Shown: positions 18,696 to 28,176 of the stretch, one piece after another
Numbering within the stretch: position 1 is the first letter of the stretch
How the letters are laid out: each line of letters begins with the position of its first letter
Source: an uncultured Candidimonas sp.
GTDB taxonomy: Bacteria; Pseudomonadota; Gammaproteobacteria; Burkholderiales; Burkholderiaceae_B
Reading direction: 5' to 3'
Assembly: GCA_964581155.1 (NCBI GenBank)
Contig: CAZONP010000002.1
Location: 1 to 43,065, forward strand
Length of the DNA stretch: 43,065 nucleotides
Position numbers and translations under genes: made by a program
Notes under the pieces: model-generated
Databases searched by the model: none
What the model saw: only the letters and a program-made list of their open reading frames with translations
What the model was told of the DNA's origin: nothing

Positions 18696-19139
18696 ATGGC
18701 AAGCAAATCCGCAACCGCTAAGAACCAGGCGCACACGTTGTCCGAAGAAGAGCTACTGGCAATGCCGGAATCCGATTACATGAACGAAGCGCAACTGGCG
18801 TTCTTCCGAAGCCGCTTGAAAGAGCTGGAACAGGAAATCCTGACCAATGCCGGGACGACAACCGAAAACCTGCGGGAAACGCAATTCGTGCCCGATCCAG
18901 CCGACCGCGCCACGATCGAAGAGGAACATGCGCTTGAACTACGCACGCGTGATCGCGAACGCAAGCTGCTGAAGAAAGTGCAACAGTCCATTACCCGCAT
19001 CGACTCGGGCGACTACGGCTGGTGCGAGGAAACTGGCGAACCCATAGGCATACCGCGCCTGCTGGCCCGGCCAACGGCCACCCTGTCGCTGGAAGCGCAA
19101 GAACGCCGTGAAATGCGCCAAAAGCTATACGGCGACTGA
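18696..19139 (+). CDS. dksA: RNA polymerase-binding transcription factor DksA (one-Cys type)
   Basis: YMNEAQLAFF, PDPADRA (DxxDxA), RDRERKLLKK, YGWCEETGEPIG. Confidence 0.95.
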   Translation: MASKSATAKNQAHTLSEEELLAMPESDYMNEAQLAFFRSRLKELEQEILTNAGTTTENLRETQFVPDPADRATIEEEHALELRTRDRERKLLKKVQQSITRIDSGDYGWCEETGEPIGIPRLLARPTATLSLEAQERREMRQKLYGD

Positions 19140-19232
19140 CACAGCGGCAGCCGGCACATGTCCTCAGGCCCGCGTCGGAACACGCCCGCATCACGGGCGT
19201 CCCGGCGTTCGAGCCCCGCTTCCTGATTTCCT

Positions 19233-19260
19233 CTTGAACTTTCGGGGTTCGTCCCCAGTT
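19233..19260 (+). promoter_or_regulatory. sigma32 (RpoH) promoter of hslVU
   Basis: CTTGAA (19233-19238), 14-bp spacer, CCCCAGTT (19253-19260), 21 nt before the hslV ATG. Confidence 0.8.
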
Positions 19261-19281
19261 AAATAAGTCAAAGGAAGATTC

Positions 19282-19815
19282 ATGGAACAATTTCACGCCA
19301 CCACCATCATTTGCGTCCGTCGCGGTGACCAGGTCGCCATTGGCGGCGACGGTCAGGTCACGCTGGGCAACATCGTCATCAAGGCTACGGCGCGCAAGAT
19401 CCGCCGCTTGTACAACGACAAGATACTGGCCGGGTTCGCCGGAGCCACAGCCGACGCCTTCACTTTGCAGGAACGTTTCGAAGCCAAACTGGAGAAGTAC
19501 CAGGGCAATCTTATGCGTGCCGCTGTAGAACTCACGAAAGATTGGCGCACTGATCGGGTGCTGAGGCGCCTGGAAGCCATGCTTATCGTGGCTGACCGCG
19601 AGCATACCCTGGTGCTTACCGGCAATGGCGACGTCCTCGAGCCGGAAAACGGCCTGGCCGCTATCGGATCCGGGGGCGCATTTGCCCAATCCGCCGCACT
19701 TGGCCTGTTGCAAAACACAGATCTTGCGCCCGCCGAAATCGTGAAGAAATCCCTGGAAATTGCCGGGGAACTATGCATTTACACGAACCAGAACCATATC
19801 GTCGAAGTACTCTAG
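19282..19815 (+). CDS. hslV: ATP-dependent protease subunit HslV
   Basis: TTII catalytic Thr, [28 protein letters not shown]. Confidence 0.98.
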   Translation: MEQFHATTIICVRRGDQVAIGGDGQVTLGNIVIKATARKIRRLYNDKILAGFAGATADAFTLQERFEAKLEKYQGNLMRAAVELTKDWRTDRVLRRLEAMLIVADREHTLVLTGNGDVLEPENGLAAIGSGGAFAQSAALGLLQNTDLAPAEIVKKSLEIAGELCIYTNQNHIVEVL

Positions 19816-19867
19816 TCGCCGCCTGCGGCGCGCGCCAACCGACAACGTAACGGATACCCTGCTTATT

Positions 19868-21199
19868 ATGTCTGCCACCAATATGACCCCGGGCGAAATC
19901 GTCTCCGAACTCGACAAGAATATTGTCGGGCAGGATCGCGCCAAACGATCCGTTGCCGTCGCACTGCGCAATCGTTGGCGCCGGCAGCAAGTACCCGAGC
20001 CGCTACGCCACGAAATCGTTCCAAAGAATATTCTCATGATAGGGCCGACGGGGGTTGGAAAAACCGAGATCGCGCGGCGGCTGGCCAAACTGGCCAACGC
20101 CCCATTCATCAAGATCGAAGCTACCAAGTTCACCGAAGTCGGCTACGTAGGGCGCGATGTCGACACCATCATCCGTGACTTGGTGGAAATTTCCGTGAAG
20201 CAGACGCGCGACGTGGAAATGCGGCGCGTACGTTCACTGGCCGAAGACGCGGCCGAAGACCGCATACTGGACGTGCTGATATCGCCGCCGCGCAACGCCC
20301 AGGGCGAGCCGGACCGCGAAGAGAACAGTGCACGGCAAACCTTCCGCAAGCGTTTGCGCGAAGGCAAGATCGACGACATGCAGATCGAAGTGGAAGTGGC
20401 CCAGGCGGCACCGCAAATGGAGATCATGGCACCGCCCGGCATGGAGGAAATGACTGAGCAGCTCAAAGGCATGTTTGCCGGCCTGGGCCGCGACAAGAAA
20501 AAGTCCCGCAAGATGTCGGTCAAGGAAGCCTTCAAACTGCTTACCGAAGAAGAGGCGGGGCGCCGGATTAACGAAGAAGACCTGCGCACCAACGCCGTTT
20601 TCAATGCCGAACAGAACGGGATCGTCTTCCTGGACGAAATCGACAAGATCGCCACCCGCCAGGAACATTCAGGCAGCGACGTATCGCGTCAGGGCGTGCA
20701 GCGCGACCTGCTGCCGTTGGTGGAGGGAACCACAGTCAATACAAAGTATGGCGTCGTACGCACCGACCATATTCTGTTCATTGCGTCAGGCGCGTTTCAT
20801 TTATCGCGCCCATCAGACCTTATTCCCGAACTGCAAGGCCGGTTTCCCATACGTGTGGAGCTCGATTCATTGACCGCGCAGGACTTTGTACGCATTCTGT
20901 GCGACACGGACGCTTCCTTGACGAAGCAATACCATGCGTTGCTTGCAACCGAAGACGTAACGCTCGACTTCACCGACGAAGGCATACAACGCCTGGCCCA
21001 ATTGGCCTTCGATGTAAACGAGAGCACAGAGAACATAGGCGCGCGCAGGCTTTACACGGTGATGGAAAAACTTTTGGAGGACTTGTCGTTCGACGCGTCG
21101 GCCAATAGCGGCAAAACAATCACGATAGACGCCGCCTACGTCAATGCCCAGCTGGAAGAAGCGGCCAGCAATCAGGACTTGTCGCGCTACGTCTTGTAG
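19868..21199 (+). CDS. hslU: ATP-dependent protease ATPase subunit HslU
   Basis: [51 protein letters not shown]. Confidence 0.98.
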   Translation: MSATNMTPGEIVSELDKNIVGQDRAKRSVAVALRNRWRRQQVPEPLRHEIVPKNILMIGPTGVGKTEIARRLAKLANAPFIKIEATKFTEVGYVGRDVDTIIRDLVEISVKQTRDVEMRRVRSLAEDAAEDRILDVLISPPRNAQGEPDREENSARQTFRKRLREGKIDDMQIEVEVAQAAPQMEIMAPPGMEEMTEQLKGMFAGLGRDKKKSRKMSVKEAFKLLTEEEAGRRINEEDLRTNAVFNAEQNGIVFLDEIDKIATRQEHSGSDVSRQGVQRDLLPLVEGTTVNTKYGVVRTDHILFIASGAFHLSRPSDLIPELQGRFPIRVELDSLTAQDFVRILCDTDASLTKQYHALLATEDVTLDFTDEGIQRLAQLAFDVNESTENIGARRLYTVMEKLLEDLSFDASANSGKTITIDAAYVNAQLEEAASNQDLSRYVL

Positions 21200-21200
21200 G

Positions 21201-21503
21201 CTACTTCGAGATCTCGGTCAGCACATACTGACCTGCTTCCCGTGTTGCCGTGAACTTCACGCGATCGCCGGGCTGGATATCTTTAAGCAACGCCGGGTCT
21301 GCCCGGTACACCAGCGTCATGGCCGGCAGTTCCAGGCCCGAAATGGCGCCATGCTTGATCGTGACTTTGCCTTCCTGCCGATCCACCCGGCGCACTTCTC
21401 CAGACGCCGTTGCCTCTTGGGCAACGGCAGTCACAGAATAAAATGAAACCAAGGCCAGGCCTGCGGCCAGTGCCGCCGCCAAATGTGGTGTTCCCAATCG
21501 CAT
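21201..21503 (-). CDS. Periplasmic CusF-like copper-binding OB-fold protein
   Basis: Signal peptide; GEVRRVD..GKVTIKHGAI..L..PAMT.VY, GDRVKF. Confidence 0.82.
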   Translation of the reverse strand: MRLGTPHLAAALAAGLALVSFYSVTAVAQEATASGEVRRVDRQEGKVTIKHGAISGLELPAMTLVYRADPALLKDIQPGDRVKFTATREAGQYVLTEISK

Positions 21504-21559
21504 ACGCTAAACTCCCATACAGTGCATACCAGCATACAGCCAATCAAGGACGCAACCAA

Positions 21560-22114
21560 ATGGCCACACGCCTCTCAGTCATTACCACACGCACCGGCGA
21601 CAAAGGCACAACCGGCCTGGGCGATGGCAGCCGCGTCGATAAGGACGCACCGCGCATTGCTGCGATCGGTGATGTGGACGAATTGAACAGCACCATAGGA
21701 CTGCTGCGGACCGAGCCGCTTCCACACGCGGTGGACACGCTGCTGGCACGCATACAAAATGACTTGTTCGACATGGGCGCCGAACTTTGCATCCCCGGCC
21801 ATACGGCGGTCAATTCGGATCACGTCCTGTACCTGGAAGAAGCGTTGGCCGTGCATAACGCCGGCCTGGGCAAGCTTCAGGAATTCATTCTACCGGGCGG
21901 CACACGCCCCGCAGCGCTGGCGCATATTGCCCGCGTCGTGTGCAGGCGCGCTGAGCGCGCCGTCATTACGCTTGGCCGCCACGAAAACGTGAACCCGCCC
22001 GTCATTCAGTACCTGAACCGGCTGTCCGACCTATGTTTTGTGCTGGCCCGGGTGCTGAACCGTGCGGCCGACAAGCCCGACATTCTGTGGGGCCGCGAAG
22101 CACCGGCGCGCTGA
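21560..22114 (+). CDS. ATP:cob(I)alamin adenosyltransferase, PduO type
   Basis: ITTRTGDKGTTGL, GDVDELNS, IQNDLFD, FILPGG, CRRAER, YLNRLSD; AAGGA RBS. Confidence 0.95.
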   Translation: MATRLSVITTRTGDKGTTGLGDGSRVDKDAPRIAAIGDVDELNSTIGLLRTEPLPHAVDTLLARIQNDLFDMGAELCIPGHTAVNSDHVLYLEEALAVHNAGLGKLQEFILPGGTRPAALAHIARVVCRRAERAVITLGRHENVNPPVIQYLNRLSDLCFVLARVLNRAADKPDILWGREAPAR

Positions 22115-22158
22115 TTGAATCCAGCCAGCCGCCAGCGGGCATTTCCGATTTCAGTGGC

Positions 22159-23484
22159 TTAGGCAGGCAAGACATTGCCGACGCTCTGGGTAAAGAGCGA
22201 CACGATTTCTGTGATATCGGCCTTCGTGCAAATAAAGGGTGGCGCCAGCAAGACGTGGTCGCCCTGCACGCCATCGATCGTGCCGCCCATGGGGTACATA
22301 AGCAGTCCCAGCCGCATGGCCTCTTTCTTGAGCTGCGCATGGACTTTACGGGCGGGATCGAGCGGCTGCCTGGATTCACGGTCCGCCACAAATTCAACGC
22401 CAACGAATAAGCCCCTGCCGCGCACGTCGCCCACGTTGGGATGACTGCCAAGTGCCGTGCGCAGTTCGGCGCGCAACTGTTCGCCGCGCGCCAGCACGTT
22501 GGCCAACAACTGTTCTTCCTGGATGATGCGCTGCACCGCAAGTGCGGCGGCGCAGGCTGTGGCATGGCCCATATAGGTATGGCCATGCTGGAAAAATCCG
22601 CTGCCCGCTACGATGGCATCGTAAATTTTGGTGCTGGCCAGCATGGCGCCGATGGGCTGGTAGCCCGCGCCCAGCCCTTTGGCAATGGTAAGGATATCGG
22701 GCACCACACCATCTTCGGCGCACGCAAACAGATGACCGGTGCGCCCCATACCCGCCATGACTTCATCCAGAATAAGAAGCACGCCGTACTGATCGCATAC
22801 CTGTCGAACACGCTGCAGATACGTGCGCACGGGAGCAAGCGCGCCCGCCGTTGCGCCGACAACCGTTTCCGCCACGAAAGCCGCAACATTCTCTGGCCCA
22901 AGTTCGAGTATTTTCTGTTCAAGCTCCAGGGCCAGCCGCTCGGCGTATTGCTCTTGCGTCTCGCCAACCAATTGATCGCGGTAGGCATAGCACGGTGATA
23001 CATGGTGGGCCGGCACCAGTAACGGCAGGAAAGGCTCGCGCCGCCAGGCATTGCCGCCTATGGCCAACGCGCCCAGCGTGTTGCCGTGATAGCTCTGCCG
23101 GCGCGCGATGAAATGCCGCCGGGTCGTCTGCCCTGTTTCCACAAAATATTGACGCGCCAACTTCAGCGCCGCCTCGACCGCTTCGGAACCGCCCGAGACG
23201 AAGTACACATGGTTCAGATCGCCTGGCGACCGGGCCGCAAGGAAATCTGCCAAATCTTCAGCGGCCTGCGTCGTGAAAAACGATGAATGGGCGTAGGCAA
23301 TTTGATCGAGTTGATTCTTGACGGCCTGAATAACCCCCGGATGCCCATGCCCGAGGCATGACACAGCCGCGCCTCCTGACGCGTCGATATACGCCTTATC
23401 GTTCTGGTCGAATAGCCGAATGCCTTGGCCGCGCACGGCAAAATCAAGGTGCTGCTTGGGGTTACGATGGAATACGTGGGTCAT
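22159..23484 (-). CDS. Class III PLP-dependent aminotransferase
   Basis: DASGGAAVSCLGH, SGGSEAVE, SYHGNT, LILDEVMAGMGRTG, IAKGLGAG, HGHTY. Confidence 0.93.
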   Translation of the reverse strand: MTHVFHRNPKQHLDFAVRGQGIRLFDQNDKAYIDASGGAAVSCLGHGHPGVIQAVKNQLDQIAYAHSSFFTTQAAEDLADFLAARSPGDLNHVYFVSGGSEAVEAALKLARQYFVETGQTTRRHFIARRQSYHGNTLGALAIGGNAWRREPFLPLLVPAHHVSPCYAYRDQLVGETQEQYAERLALELEQKILELGPENVAAFVAETVVGATAGALAPVRTYLQRVRQVCDQYGVLLILDEVMAGMGRTGHLFACAEDGVVPDILTIAKGLGAGYQPIGAMLASTKIYDAIVAGSGFFQHGHTYMGHATACAAALAVQRIIQEEQLLANVLARGEQLRAELRTALGSHPNVGDVRGRGLFVGVEFVADRESRQPLDPARKVHAQLKKEAMRLGLLMYPMGGTIDGVQGDHVLLAPPFICTKADITEIVSLFTQSVGNVLPA

Positions 23485-23600
23485 GACGCGCCATGAAAGT
23501 TGGAGGGATAACGATTTCCTGCATACTATACATCCGCCGGTACCAAGATGAGTACGCGTCGCGTCCCTCTACCTGTCTCATGCGTTCATCGGATTCCACT

Positions 23601-24638
23601 ATGTTGTCTTTCATCGAATTATCGGGCTCCCCTTTTCATATTGGGCAGACTCTTGGGCGCTTTGGCGCGCACGTTACGCACAATTGGCTGTTGGGCTCCG
23701 AGGCATGGGCCGGCGTCATGCGCTGGCGAGGCAGCCCTACGGCAACCGCCATGGAAGGCCTCATCAAGCAGCGCTTTCCACTGGTCCACGAGGAATTGCT
23801 CGGGCTGGCAGCCGGGCTGGAGCTGCCCGCGTCCGATGTCGTTCTATGGAATTGCCGAGGCGATGTATGGGCTATGGCGCCAGATGGATGCACCACAGTG
23901 CAGTTACCCCTGCCCCACGGAGCGCGTATTGCTCATAATGAAGACGGCGACCCCGGATTCGCCGGGTACTGCGCCATGGGCGAATTTGCGCCCGACCACG
24001 GCCCTCGGTTCGCATCGTTCATTTATCCCGCATCCATCCCGGGCCACACCTTCGCTGTCAACGAACATGGCCTTGCAATGACGGTGAACAACTTGCGCAC
24101 CCGCCTTGCCGGTCCGGGCATGCCACGCATGGCGCTGACGCGCAGCGCACTGAATCAGCCCACACTGGAAGACGCCGTGCAATTACTGCGCAACAACCCG
24201 TCCGCCGGCGGATTCCACCTTACCCTGGCACAGAGCGGCCGCGCCGACTTATTAAGCGTCGAGTTCGCTGCGCATGGCGTGTCGGCACAGCCCGTTGAGG
24301 CACCGACATTGCACGCCAATCATGTCATGCACTCTGCGATGCGCGACTGCCCCCAAGTCATCACCATGTCTTCGCTGCATCGTCAGCGGCGCGGCAGTCA
24401 ACTGTTGTGTGGCGACATGACAGCCGGCCCTGCAGATACCGACCCGCTGGTCATCCTGGCCGACAGACAAAACGCGGAATTCCCCATATTCCGCGATGCC
24501 CCCGACGATAGCGATGCCGAAAACACCATGGCGACAGCGGACATTCATATAGGCGCGGAGCGGGTAACCTGGCGGGTATATGAACGCCCGGAACAATCCC
24601 CGCGCTTTACCTTCAGTAACGCCACACTGGACCGTTAA
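23601..24638 (+). CDS. C45 family autoproteolytic acyltransferase/hydrolase (Ntn fold)
   Basis: DG|CTT cleavage site with nucleophile Cys, AHNEDG, PGHTFAVNEHGL, HANH; start 23601 inferred. Confidence 0.88.
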   Translation: MLSFIELSGSPFHIGQTLGRFGAHVTHNWLLGSEAWAGVMRWRGSPTATAMEGLIKQRFPLVHEELLGLAAGLELPASDVVLWNCRGDVWAMAPDGCTTVQLPLPHGARIAHNEDGDPGFAGYCAMGEFAPDHGPRFASFIYPASIPGHTFAVNEHGLAMTVNNLRTRLAGPGMPRMALTRSALNQPTLEDAVQLLRNNPSAGGFHLTLAQSGRADLLSVEFAAHGVSAQPVEAPTLHANHVMHSAMRDCPQVITMSSLHRQRRGSQLLCGDMTAGPADTDPLVILADRQNAEFPIFRDAPDDSDAENTMATADIHIGAERVTWRVYERPEQSPRFTFSNATLDR

Positions 24639-24665
24639 GGTCCATAGCGTCCATGACGAGGACGG

Positions 24666-25526
24666 CTACAGCAACAGATGCAGAAAGTCGGCCACTTCGC
24701 GGCTCAGCAGCGTAAGGTCCTGCTGCAAGGTCGCGAAATTGCCGTTCTTCTCATACGTTTTTTCGTTCATATATAGCTTGCGATTGATTTCTATCTGGAG
24801 GCTGTGGCGATTGTCGTCGGGACGGCTGGTGTTTTCGACCAGCGCCGCGCCCTTGAACGGATCGTTGCGTGCCACTGTGTAGCCTCGGGCAACCAGGAAG
24901 TCTTCAATGATCCCCGTGAATGTGGGGTCGCAAGACTTGCCGTCCAGGTCTCCAAGCACAAAATCGGCCAGCTGCGCTTCAGTTTGCAGTCCCAATAATT
25001 CAAATGAGTCTGACGGCATGGAATGCAGGTTTAGGTGCCACACACCGCCAAAGCGTTCATGCGCGTCTTCTATCTGCCTTCGTAGTGCGGCATGATAAGG
25101 CTCGTAATAGCTTCCAATGCGGTTTTGCACTTCAGCAACCCAGAGCTTGCGGTCATAAATGCTGTGTTCGCGCACGCGGCTCCACAATAAGCCGTGGCCC
25201 AGGCGTGACTTTTCGGTGGGATGCAGGTCCGCGATCCAGGGTTCCGCGAGCATGTTGGGATCGATATCGTCGACCTGCCGGTTCAGATCGATATACGTGC
25301 GAGGAAAATTCGCCATAAGAAGCGTGGCACCTACGCAAGGCAGTCCTTGCCATAGTTCATCGACATAGGTGTCTTCGCCCGAACGCAAGAGGGATGCGGG
25401 CAGACAGCTTTGAAAATCGGGCGGATAGATTGTGCCGCTATGTGGCGAATCGGCAATGAGTGGAATGGCGGTGCTTGTGGGTAAGCGCAAGGCATACGCT
25501 TCGAACTCAGAATCTGCAAACTTCAT
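24666..25526 (-). CDS. N-formylglutamate amidohydrolase family protein
   Basis: DSPHSG, EDTYVDEL, RTYIDLNR, PYH, LHSMPS, NDPFKG, QIEINRKLYM; GGAGG RBS. Confidence 0.9.
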   Translation of the reverse strand: MKFADSEFEAYALRLPTSTAIPLIADSPHSGTIYPPDFQSCLPASLLRSGEDTYVDELWQGLPCVGATLLMANFPRTYIDLNRQVDDIDPNMLAEPWIADLHPTEKSRLGHGLLWSRVREHSIYDRKLWVAEVQNRIGSYYEPYHAALRRQIEDAHERFGGVWHLNLHSMPSDSFELLGLQTEAQLADFVLGDLDGKSCDPTFTGIIEDFLVARGYTVARNDPFKGAALVENTSRPDDNRHSLQIEINRKLYMNEKTYEKNGNFATLQQDLTLLSREVADFLHLLL

Positions 25527-25654
25527 GTGGCCTCCGGGTGTGAGGCCAGTGTAGTCAGCGTGCACGGTTTAGATGATCGGTAGTTACCCGAGCAGATGTG
25601 ACAAATGCACAGCGCAGGCGCTGCGGCGCCTGCGCTGTTTCCATGGCGATTGTC

Positions 25655-25990
25655 CTACTTGGACGCTTCGATCATATATTCGACCGCCGCACGCAGTGTG
25701 GCGTCGTCGGCGGACGAAGCGCCGCGTGGAGGCATTGCTCCCTTGCCTTTGGTGGCCACTTCCATGATGGCATCCATGCCTTTGTCGATCAGCGGTGCCC
25801 AGGCGGCCTTGTTGCCTACCTTGGGAGCGTTGGCGATACCCGTGCTATGGCAGGCCACGCAGGCGGACTTGTACAGCTTTTCGCCCGCAGGATTTAAGGT
25901 TGCAGCAGCGTCGGTCGCTGCGAAGGACATGGCCGGTGCCAAACCGGCTCCCAGGGCGATGGCCAGGGCGACATGAGCGAGCTTCAACAT
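25655..25990 (-). CDS. nirM: Cytochrome c551 (c5-like), probable electron donor to NirK
   Basis: Signal peptide, CVACH heme motif, GAMPPRG axial Met; from recall resembles the Achromobacter cytochrome c551 encoded downstream of nirK; GGAG RBS. Confidence 0.85.
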   Translation of the reverse strand: MLKLAHVALAIALGAGLAPAMSFAATDAAATLNPAGEKLYKSACVACHSTGIANAPKVGNKAAWAPLIDKGMDAIMEVATKGKGAMPPRGASSADDATLRAAVEYMIEASK

Positions 25991-26067
25991 AGTTATCTCC
26001 AGGTTTTTTCAAATGGGTCCGCCACATGACGGACCTTGTACGTATGACTGACTTGGTTACGTGCTTG

Positions 26068-27198
26068 CTAGGCAGGGATGGGATGAGGCGCCTTGACTTG
26101 TTTCATCAAGTCATCGTTCCATTTGCCTTCCACGACGACGTGACCTGCTGCGCCAAGTTCAAACGCTTCGATCAGGTTGTGGTTCACGTAGGCATACACC
26201 CCAGGTTGCTTGAAGGTGTATAGCGCCGCGCCGGCTGAGCCCCCGCGAATGAACCAGGTTTCCAGGTTCTCTTCGGGTGCGTTGGCAAACTTGCCGGTTT
26301 CCCACACCCAGTCGCCGTGACCGCCGATAAGGTGTGGCCGTGTGTCGCGATTGGCCTGGGAGTGAATGAACAAGACGGTTTCACCCACATTGGCCTTCAG
26401 CGCGCCTTCACCAGTCAATGCCCCTACCGCGCCGTTGAATACCACGTGGCTCGGCAGCAGCGTGCGCATGACCGCAATCGTGTCTTCGTAGCTTTCAGCC
26501 AGGGTGGCGTATTCCTTGTACTTGCCGTTAGCGTCTTTCGGTATGTACAGATCGAACTCGCCTATGGTGTAGGCGCGATCGTAGCGCAAGGACTTGCCAT
26601 TTGGGTCTTTCAGGCCGCCGCGAGGCAATACCATGAGCGTGCCATTCATTCCCGACACCACGTGCCAGGCGACCATGCCTTCGGGCGCGCAGTGATACAC
26701 AAAGGTACCGCTACGGTCGGCCTTGAAGCGCAATGTTGCCTGCTCACCGGGATTGACGTTGGTAAGCTTCGCACCGCCCAAAGCGCCAGTCGATGCGTGG
26801 AAGTCCACGTTGTGCGGCATGGCGTTCGTGGCTGGGTTGACCAATGTCACTTCGACGTAGTCGCCTTCGTGAACGACCATGGTGGGACCCGGCATGGAGC
26901 CATTGAATGTCATGGCCTGCAAGGTGGTGCCCTTCGCATCGATGACCATTTTCTTTTCTTCGATGGTCATTACAAATTCGACGATTCGAGGAGTGGCGTC
27001 GACAACCTGGTCATGTTTGTGAACCATGGGCGGTGCAACGAGGTCAACCTTGATACGCTTGAGCTTGCCGATTTCCGCTTCCGACATGGACTTACCGGGC
27101 GCAGCGGGCGCACTTTTTGCCAACGCGGGGGCAGCCATTGCAGCCGTACTTGCCATTGCGCCCAAACCAGCGGTTTTAAGAAATGAACGACGTTCCAT
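26068..27198 (-). CDS. nirK: Copper-containing nitrite reductase
   Basis: Tat signal (RRSFLK); [40 protein letters not shown] give the type 1 and type 2 Cu ligands and the catalytic Asp/His. Confidence 0.97.
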   Translation of the reverse strand: MERRSFLKTAGLGAMASTAAMAAPALAKSAPAAPGKSMSEAEIGKLKRIKVDLVAPPMVHKHDQVVDATPRIVEFVMTIEEKKMVIDAKGTTLQAMTFNGSMPGPTMVVHEGDYVEVTLVNPATNAMPHNVDFHASTGALGGAKLTNVNPGEQATLRFKADRSGTFVYHCAPEGMVAWHVVSGMNGTLMVLPRGGLKDPNGKSLRYDRAYTIGEFDLYIPKDANGKYKEYATLAESYEDTIAVMRTLLPSHVVFNGAVGALTGEGALKANVGETVLFIHSQANRDTRPHLIGGHGDWVWETGKFANAPEENLETWFIRGGSAGAALYTFKQPGVYAYVNHNLIEAFELGAAGHVVVEGKWNDDLMKQVKAPHPIPA

Positions 27199-27303
27199 GA
27201 TGTTGCTCCAATACTAAGAAATAGTCCGAATGGGTCAGACACACCAGCTAAATACTGCCTTTGCTTTCGATGTATCCATTGGACACGTTTCAAACGGCCC
27301 GTT

Positions 27304-27320
27304 CTTTGTCCCAGCACAAT
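27304..27320 (-). promoter_or_regulatory. NnrR/FNR-type box for nirK (class II promoter)
   Basis: CTTTG-TCCCAGCA-CAAT (TTG-N8-CAA, centre 27312.5); minus-strand TCCAAT at 27278-27283 fits the -10 position for a -41.5 site. Confidence 0.75.
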
Positions 27321-27394
27321 GTTCCGAGTAGATTACTCGGGTTTACACCCATCAACCCGAACGCGGGAAAGGCGCCGAAATACCCGTAAGCCAG

Positions 27395-27403
27395 TGGTAG
27401 AAT
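27395..27403 (+). promoter_or_regulatory. Extended -10 promoter candidate for nnrR
   Basis: TG-G-TAGAAT 30 nt upstream of the ATG at 27434. Confidence 0.5.
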
Positions 27404-27433
27404 CGAATCCCTGGTCACCTGCATGGATATGCG

Positions 27434-28174
27434 ATGCCTTCCAACCTGAACCGATCTGTAATCAAGAATCTCGATCTCTTCCGCTCACTGGCCGACGCAG
27501 ATCTTGACGCCATTCTGGAAACAGCGCAGGTGTCGCGACTAATGACCGGCGACGCCGCCTTCCGGCAAGGAAGTATCGCGGACCGTTTTTTTGTTCTGCT
27601 GCACGGTCATATGAAGGTCATGCAAACCACTGCGGAAGGCGAACAAGTCACCGTGCGTTATGTAAGTCCCGGCGAAGTCTTTGGCATGGCCCGCGCCATG
27701 CGCCGCCCAGACTACCCTGCGTCGACCATTGCCGTGCAGGAAAGCATTGCCCTAAGCTGGCCCTCATCCGAATGGGATCAGTTCACCGCCAAGAATCCGA
27801 AGTTTGCGTCAAATGCCATGCAGACCGTGGGACAACGCCTGCAAGATGCCCACGCGCGCATTCAGGAACTGTCCACCGAAGAGGTGGAGCAACGGGTGGC
27901 TCGCGCCATTCTGCGGCTGGTCGACCAGTCCGGCGAACGAACGCCTGAAGGCATCGTGATCAACTTCCCCATTACGCGACAAGACATTGCCGAAATAACC
28001 GGCACCACACTGCACACGGTCAGCCGCCTGTTAAGCGCATGGAAGGATCGGGGGCTGGTCACCAGCGGGCGTAAACGCATTGTTGTGTGCGCCGTAGACG
28101 ACTTGATCCGGTTGGCCGAAGGCACCCATAGCACGGCTGCGCGCGTGCCGCGCGCGAAAGCCGAATCGGACTGA
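27434..28174 (+). CDS. nnrR: Crp/Fnr family NO-responsive regulator NnrR
   Basis: cNMP-binding-like domain, no FNR Cys cluster, TEEVEQRVA, FPITRQDIAEITGTTLHTVSR HTH; next to nirK and nirV. Confidence 0.88.
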   Translation: MPSNLNRSVIKNLDLFRSLADADLDAILETAQVSRLMTGDAAFRQGSIADRFFVLLHGHMKVMQTTAEGEQVTVRYVSPGEVFGMARAMRRPDYPASTIAVQESIALSWPSSEWDQFTAKNPKFASNAMQTVGQRLQDAHARIQELSTEEVEQRVARAILRLVDQSGERTPEGIVINFPITRQDIAEITGTTLHTVSRLLSAWKDRGLVTSGRKRIVVCAVDDLIRLAEGTHSTAARVPRAKAESD

Positions 28175-28176
28175 GC

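Noticed and set aside
19182-19200. Hairpin ACGCCCG-CATCA-CGGGCGT after dksA as a terminator or sRNA
   Set aside because: No U tract and a short stem; insufficient support
21560-22114. pduO as evidence of a pdu microcompartment or B12 synthesis cluster
   Set aside because: A standalone single-domain gene with no pdu or cob neighbours; common in Proteobacteria
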